A stretch of DNA of 64,000 bases, taken from the IMG/VR virus record IMGVR_UViG_3300008117_007749, one strand, 5' to 3'. The position numbers were made by a program, and so were the translations under genes. Origin of the DNA: a virus. The notes below the pieces were generated by a model. It was given only the letters and a program-made list of their open reading frames with translations. It did no database searches and was not told the DNA's origin. Numbering within the stretch: position 1 is the stretch's first letter; each line of letters begins with the position of its first letter. Of this stretch, positions 59,397 to 64,000 are shown in pieces.

Positions 59397-59960
59397 TTAA
59401 GATTTAGGAAATTTCATTGGATATTTATGAAAAACTTTACCCTTACTTATTTTATCTAATTTTGATTTAAGTAAATTCTTTCTTAAAGGAGATGCTTTAT
59501 CAATCCACATAACACCCTCTAAGTGGTCATATTCATGTTGAATGATTCTAGCCTTAACACCGGAAAATTCTTTCTCTAATAAATTCCAATCTTTATCATA
59601 ATAACTTAAGATAATTTTAGAAGGTCTTGTAATCTCTTCTGAAATTCTCGGAAGAGACAGACATGCTTCCCTGAATGTAAAATCATCACCAAATTCTTCT
59701 TCAATTATTGGATTTATTAATACTTCATTAAAAGTGTCTAAACCTTCATCTGGAAAATCTTCAGACATCGATTTAGAATCAATTACAATTAATCTTATAT
59801 TGTTTCCAATTTGAGGAGCCGCTAATCCTATTCCTTCAGCAGCATACATTGTTTCAAACATATCATCAATAAGTTTGTTTAATTCAGGATAATCCTTTTC
59901 GATTTCTTCAGACTCTCTTCTAAGAACCGATGAACCATAAGAGTAAATTGGTAAAATCAT
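59397..59960 (-). CDS. def: Peptide deformylase
   Basis: GIGLAAPQIG, EACLS (variant of EGCLS), QHEYDHLEG. Confidence 0.97.
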   Translation of the reverse strand: MILPIYSYGSSVLRRESEEIEKDYPELNKLIDDMFETMYAAEGIGLAAPQIGNNIRLIVIDSKSMSEDFPDEGLDTFNEVLINPIIEEEFGDDFTFREACLSLPRISEEITRPSKIILSYYDKDWNLLEKEFSGVKARIIQHEYDHLEGVMWIDKASPLRKNLLKSKLDKISKGKVFHKYPMKFPKS

Positions 59961-60042
59961 ACATCTTATATTATAAATTAGAAAAAAGTTAAAAAATGAT
60001 TTTTCTAATTAAATATATAAATTATAAAAAAAAAAGAGAATT

Positions 60043-60471
60043 ATGAAATATCTAAAAACATTTGAAAGTTTTTCACCAATTAATGAGGAGGAAGAAGGAT
60101 TTTTTGGGGATATGGGAAAAAAATTGAGTAAATTTTTTTTAGGTGATGTGGTTGAAAATCACTTAAAAGCAATCATGTATATATCCAAAAAAGATGAAAA
60201 TGAGGTAAGAAAAGTAATTGAGCAGATTAAATCAGAAAAAGAATTATCTAAAAGAGAAGAACTCCTTAAAAGTTTGATTGGAGATTATGATGATTCGAAA
60301 GTCATGGAAGATCTGATTAGAATCTTTTCTATATACAAAGAAGACGGTGTACGTCTTTCGCAAAGTGCATTACGATATGAGTTGGATTGCATGACACCGG
60401 AAGAGAAAGAGGATTATGAATCTATAAAAGGTGGAAATACTGGATGGGAAGGTTCCAGAGGATTTCATTAA
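60043..60471 (+). CDS. Putative internal head protein
   Basis: MKYLKTFESFSPINEE. Confidence 0.65.
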   Translation: MKYLKTFESFSPINEEEEGFFGDMGKKLSKFFLGDVVENHLKAIMYISKKDENEVRKVIEQIKSEKELSKREELLKSLIGDYDDSKVMEDLIRIFSIYKEDGVRLSQSALRYELDCMTPEEKEDYESIKGGNTGWEGSRGFH

Positions 60472-60489
60472 ATAATATTACTTAAAAAA

Positions 60490-60519
60490 TAAAAAAACCC
60501 ACATTAGTGGGTTTTTTTA
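60490..60519. terminator. Bidirectional intrinsic terminator
   Basis: aaaaaaacccac-atta-gtgggttttttt. Confidence 0.9.
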
Positions 60520-60948
60520 TTTTAAAATGTTTTTATCAAAATCAGTTAATGAATCAACTCCCTTTTCTAATATTTTATCCAAAACATCATCTTGTGTGGT
60601 GTGATTTTTTTTGTATTTTAAAAACAAATCTTTAACTTTTTCTGAAATATCTTCACCATCATCATCTGTGTAATCAGACTCAACAGGGTTATCAAAGAAA
60701 ATATCTTTTGAGATATCTTTATAATTATAATTAATTGAGTTTTTTTGTAAAAAGTATTCAATTCTTTCTCGATAAGAATCAGCCATAATAGCAAAGAAAC
60801 CGGATTTTTCCTGAGTGTATGTAAAATCTAAATAATCAAAATATTTACTCATATTAAAAATAACATCCAACTCAATAAGTGGAATAGTTTCAAACTTAGA
60901 AATAAGTTCTAAACGAGTCAATTCGGTTTTTACTTCAATTAATTTCAT
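60517..60948 (-). CDS. Early protein with C-terminal DUF6576-like motif
   Basis: DDVLDKILEKGVDSLTDFDKNIL. Confidence 0.65.
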   Translation of the reverse strand: MKLIEVKTELTRLELISKFETIPLIELDVIFNMSKYFDYLDFTYTQEKSGFFAIMADSYRERIEYFLQKNSINYNYKDISKDIFFDNPVESDYTDDDGEDISEKVKDLFLKYKKNHTTQDDVLDKILEKGVDSLTDFDKNILK

Positions 60949-60968
60949 AGTGGATTTTTTTATTAATA

Positions 60969-60999
60969 CAAATATAATATAAATATTTTAAAATACAAA
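60969..60999 (-). promoter_or_regulatory. Bacteroidota primary-sigma (early) promoter
   Basis: TTTG-N19-TATATTTG. Confidence 0.8.
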
Positions 61000-61000
61000 A

Positions 61001-61330
61001 TTATTTCCTTTCGGATTTAATTTCTTTCAAAGCTTCAATTGTCAAAATAACTTCATTTTTATCATCAGTCGCGTGTTTTTTAATATAACCTTTAAGGTGA
61101 AATTCCCAACTGATAAGATGAAATACAACAGTTATTAAGTATCCTATAGGATTATTTAATAGAAAAAAAGGAACTAATAAAAGAGCACCCATACTAAAAG
61201 TCCAACAGAAAAAATTAGAGTAAAAAAACAAAATTACTCTATGAGCATTAATATACATTAGCAACTGTTTAGTAGAGAAGTCCTTTGTATTTTCAGACTC
61301 TTTTTCTTTAATTTGATTGTAATTTGACAT
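61001..61330 (-). CDS. Two-TM membrane protein, paralog of 58347..58688
   Basis: Hydrophobic hairpin, HLISWEFHLKG, ALKEIK. Confidence 0.65.
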   Translation of the reverse strand: MSNYNQIKEKESENTKDFSTKQLLMYINAHRVILFFYSNFFCWTFSMGALLLVPFFLLNNPIGYLITVVFHLISWEFHLKGYIKKHATDDKNEVILTIEALKEIKSERK

Positions 61331-61357
61331 TTTGTAGTGGATTTAATTATTATTTAA

Positions 61358-61389
61358 CAAATATAACCATTTTTTATAAAAAACACAAA
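61358..61389 (-). promoter_or_regulatory. Bacteroidota primary-sigma (early) promoter
   Basis: TTTG-N20-TATATTTG. Confidence 0.8.
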
Positions 61390-61464
61390 TAATTTAATAT
61401 AGAATTATTAAAAAAAAGAGTTTTTTCTTTTAATATATACTATTAAGTAAAAAAATAAAATACT

Positions 61465-62058
61465 ATGAGATATCTAAAAGCATACGAAAATTTTAACTAC
61501 GAACCAACAAATGAAGAATTCTTTGGTGGTTTGTTTAGTGCTCAAACTAGAAATCAATATATCAAAGAAGGATATGATAAGATTTCTAAGTTACTACAAA
61601 CTGATACAGCATTACAATCTAAACTTGAAGAAATTTATAATGAAGCTGAACAATCAGGAAATTTACCATCTCAACAAGATGTACAAAAACTACAAGATGT
61701 AGTTGGGGGTAGAGCAGAAGAAAAAGTTGAAGAGTTAGAAGACGCTGTAAAAGATGAGACTGTTCAAGAAAATATGTTTTCAAACATTATTGAAAAGATT
61801 AAAAAAGTACTTTCTTGGGTATTTAACTTTGGAAAACAAACACTTTGGTTAGTTGGTAGTTTAGCATCTATGTTTTTTGCTGGAACAGAAGCAATGGGAG
61901 CTAGAGTAATTCTTAGCGGTGAAGCACAGGGTAACTTATCATACTCTTGGTACGGACTTTTAATGTTAATTGGTGGATTTATTTCTCTTATATTATGGAT
62001 AGTAGATAAACATATGAAGGGTTCAGGACAAGGACCTTTATTTGGTAGAAAAGAATAA
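61465..62058 (+). CDS. CTS-bearing two-TM protein
   Basis: MRYLKAYENFNYEPTNEE; two C-terminal hydrophobic helices. Confidence 0.65.
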   Translation: MRYLKAYENFNYEPTNEEFFGGLFSAQTRNQYIKEGYDKISKLLQTDTALQSKLEEIYNEAEQSGNLPSQQDVQKLQDVVGGRAEEKVEELEDAVKDETVQENMFSNIIEKIKKVLSWVFNFGKQTLWLVGSLASMFFAGTEAMGARVILSGEAQGNLSYSWYGLLMLIGGFISLILWIVDKHMKGSGQGPLFGRKE

Positions 62059-62063
62059 TAATT

Positions 62064-62092
62064 AAAACCTCATAGAAATATGAGGTTTTTTT
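62064..62092 (+). terminator. Intrinsic terminator
   Basis: aaacctcata-gaaa-tatgaggttttttt. Confidence 0.9.
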
Positions 62093-62191
62093 ATGCAAAA
62101 TAATAAAGGGGTAAATAAATATCCCATATATAGTAACAGTGTAAAAATATTTTTGAACAGATTCACTTCTGTATCAAAAAAAAAATTTCTT

Positions 62192-63028
62192 ATGAGAAAC
62201 ACAAAAACTTACAACGAGCTCGTACAAAAGATGCGAGCATTTTTTTTGCAAAAAGGATTTATTGAAGTCCCGACACAATCAAGATTATCAATCTTAGCAG
62301 CGTGTGAAAATCCACATTCAATTACAACTTTTAATTACAGTGGTGAGATATGGCCTCTTCCACAAACAGGACAAATGTGGCTTGAGCACGAATTATTACA
62401 AAATCCAGAATGGCCAGGATGCTTCTGTATATCAACATCCTACAGACAAGAGAAAAATCCTATTCCCGGAAGACATGAATTAATCTTTCCAATGTTCGAG
62501 TTTGAATCAAAAGGAGGAATGAAAGAATTACTTAAATTAGAATCAGAACTTTTATCACATTTAGGATTTGACCAACCAGTTGAAGTAAATTATAATGACG
62601 TATGTGAAGAATACGGAGGAGTTGAAATATTAGAGGATGAGCACGAACAAAGAATGTGGAATGAAAAAAGTTCGATTGTATCACTTCAAAATTTTCCAAG
62701 AAGAACAAATCCATTCTGGAATATGCAACACAATAATGGTGAAATCTTTAACAAAGTAGATGTTATTCTTTATGGCCAAGAAACAATTGGATCCGCTGAA
62801 AGAAGCTGCGATGTCGAAAAGATGAAAGAGATGTTCTACACAATTGAAGACGGCAAATACTCCGCTAAATTATTTGAATTATTTGGCAAAGAAAGAGTTG
62901 AAAAGGAACTTGAAACATTCTTAAAATATGATTTCTTTCCAAGATTTGGAGGAGGAATCGGAATGACAAGACTTGCAAGAGCATATGAGATGATGTTACA
63001 AGAAAAAGAGGTTGAAGAACTAGTATAA
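62192..63028 (+). CDS. Class IIb aminoacyl-tRNA synthetase catalytic-core paralog without anticodon-binding domain (AsnRS2/archaeal-type asparagine synthetase-like)
   Basis: GFIEVPT (motif 1), SYRQE...GRH...FPMFEFE (motif 2), GQETIGSAER, FGGGIGMTRL (motif 3); probable start MRNTKTY. Confidence 0.85.
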   Translation: MRNTKTYNELVQKMRAFFLQKGFIEVPTQSRLSILAACENPHSITTFNYSGEIWPLPQTGQMWLEHELLQNPEWPGCFCISTSYRQEKNPIPGRHELIFPMFEFESKGGMKELLKLESELLSHLGFDQPVEVNYNDVCEEYGGVEILEDEHEQRMWNEKSSIVSLQNFPRRTNPFWNMQHNNGEIFNKVDVILYGQETIGSAERSCDVEKMKEMFYTIEDGKYSAKLFELFGKERVEKELETFLKYDFFPRFGGGIGMTRLARAYEMMLQEKEVEELV

Positions 63029-63060
63029 AAAAGAGGGAAGTGAAAACTTCCCTTTTATTT
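63026..63060 (+). terminator. Intrinsic terminator
   Basis: agggaagt-gaaa-acttccct followed by ttt. Confidence 0.8.
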
Positions 63061-63087
63061 TTTATATAAAGGTCTAAATTTATTATT

Positions 63088-63495
63088 ATGAAAAAGATTA
63101 TCTTACCACTATTATTAACAATACCTACACTTATATTCTCTCAAAATTATAAAGAATTGGATAGCGTGAGTGCTGGAAATATTTACTTCTCTACAAACAA
63201 AAAAATTTATATAACCGAGTATTTAACAGAACCTGAAAGTCGTTTCGTTTTTTTTGTAAAAGATATTACCGATTATAACTATTTTTATTTTCAATCAAAA
63301 AATGAAATTGTAGGACTTATTTCTATGGTTATACGTTCTATTGAAAAACAAAAAGATGTTATCTACAATGGAAGTAAAGAATTCACCATTATATCAATCA
63401 CTAAAAATATTTCTAAAATTAAAGTTGGTGATTTTATATTTTCCATGGATAGAAGAACAGCTGAAGATATAATTAAACAGTTTCAGCAAATTTAA
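63088..63495 (+). CDS. Secreted/periplasmic hypothetical protein
   Basis: MKKIILPLLLTIPTLIFSQ signal peptide, cleavage before Gln as is common in Bacteroidota. Confidence 0.65.
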   Translation: MKKIILPLLLTIPTLIFSQNYKELDSVSAGNIYFSTNKKIYITEYLTEPESRFVFFVKDITDYNYFYFQSKNEIVGLISMVIRSIEKQKDVIYNGSKEFTIISITKNISKIKVGDFIFSMDRRTAEDIIKQFQQI

Positions 63496-63523
63496 ATAGT
63501 TTATAGAGTTTAATATATACTCT

Positions 63524-64000
63524 ATGAAACATCTTAAAAAATTTTTTGAGTCATTAGATATTTCTAAAGAAGAAATTTTAGAAAACTTTCTTTACATAAC
63601 CGATAAATTTGGTGATCCAGACGTTTACAATTCACCATACGGTAAATCAAAAAAATGGACAATTTCTTGGAATATTAAATTAGACCTTTCTGTTATGCAA
63701 GAAGCTGAACAACTAATAAGTAAATTAAAAGACTTAACAGAAGATATTGATGATGTATTAGCAGCTGGTGACAGATTGGAAGACTTTACTATAAATATGA
63801 GTTTATCAAATACCCTCCGTTTAGAATTAATTCCAAAAGATACTGGAGACGATACTTACAAATTCATATCTCATTATGAATGGCGACAACTTTATGTTAG
63901 AATAAATGAAGTTGAAAGATTTTTCAATGCAAGAGGAATAAGAATTGAAAAAATTGATAATGAAAGTATGTATAGAGAAGGTGATGATGAAAATGAATTG
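63524..64000 (+). CDS. CTS-bearing hypothetical protein, 3' truncated by window
   Basis: AATATATA-CTCT-ATG; MKHLKKFFESLDISKEEILENF..., frame appears open to window end. Confidence 0.7.
   Translation, partial: MKHLKKFFESLDISKEEILENFLYITDKFGDPDVYNSPYGKSKKWTISWNIKLDLSVMQEAEQLISKLKDLTEDIDDVLAAGDRLEDFTINMSLSNTLRLELIPKDTGDDTYKFISHYEWRQLYVRINEVERFFNARGIRIEKIDNESMYREGDDENEL

Noticed and set aside
15470-62191. Upstream starts in the ORF track (15470, 21232, 22486, 24826, 29218, 30975, 32698, 62093)
   Set aside because: They extend through promoter motifs or neighbouring genes; the downstream ATGs fit promoter spacing and family N-termini better
1-64000. Alternative genetic code (TAG/TGA recoding, known in some huge phages)
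   Set aside because: Genes are full length and densely packed under the standard code; TGA and TAG end genes at sensible places (e.g. uvsW TGA, 40599 TAG followed by a promoter)
1-64000. Bacterial chromosome or eukaryotic giant virus origin
   Set aside because: Host-like genes (infC, def, clpP, ppk2) lack their usual operon neighbours and sit among gp5/gp53/UvsW/UvsY/gp61-like genes; bacterial promoters, terminators and peptidoglycan enzymes argue against a eukaryotic virus
1-64000. tRNA or structured ncRNA genes
   Set aside because: Intergenic gaps are short and AT-rich; no cloverleaf or T-loop signature seen by eye (tRNAscan/Infernal not run)

Overview
AT-rich, densely coding 64 kb segment of a very large tailed phage (jumbo/'huge' myovirus with distant T4-like core genes), standard genetic code. 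The host is almost certainly Bacteroidota: perfect TTTG-N19/20-TAnnTTTG promoters, A-rich ribosome-binding regions without Shine-Dalgarno, and DUF6576-like modules. Layout: (1-0.7 kb) end of a probable glycan-modification cluster; (0.7-14.3 kb, minus) tail-fibre/virion decoration genes with long Gly-Thr-Ser triplet tracts, one of them frameshifted; (14.4-35.5 kb) replication/recombination genes (UvsY, putative clamp, C-terminal half of a split family B polymerase, primase, UvsW) mixed with host-like genes (PPK2, IF3, ClpP) and small proteins; (35.5-49.8 kb) baseplate module with three different peptidoglycan-enzyme domains; (50-64 kb) amidoligase, DHH, Nudix, FKBP, beta-barrel, deformylase, truncated aaRS paralog and small membrane proteins. 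The most notable unexplained structure is about 18 unrelated proteins sharing an N-terminal MK(Y/H)(I/L)KxFExF...(I/L)NE peptide that resembles the T4 capsid-targeting sequence, nearly all behind an AATATATA late-type promoter. This suggests a large virion-packaged, injected enzyme cargo. Also seen: a second peptide tag (R[DE]xKIxxI[LF]) on small proteins including a stand-alone major-capsid-like fragment, two DUF6576-like host mimics, and three separable promoter classes. All assignments come from motif recognition by eye; no database searches were run. No tRNA, rRNA, CRISPR or IS element was recognised.
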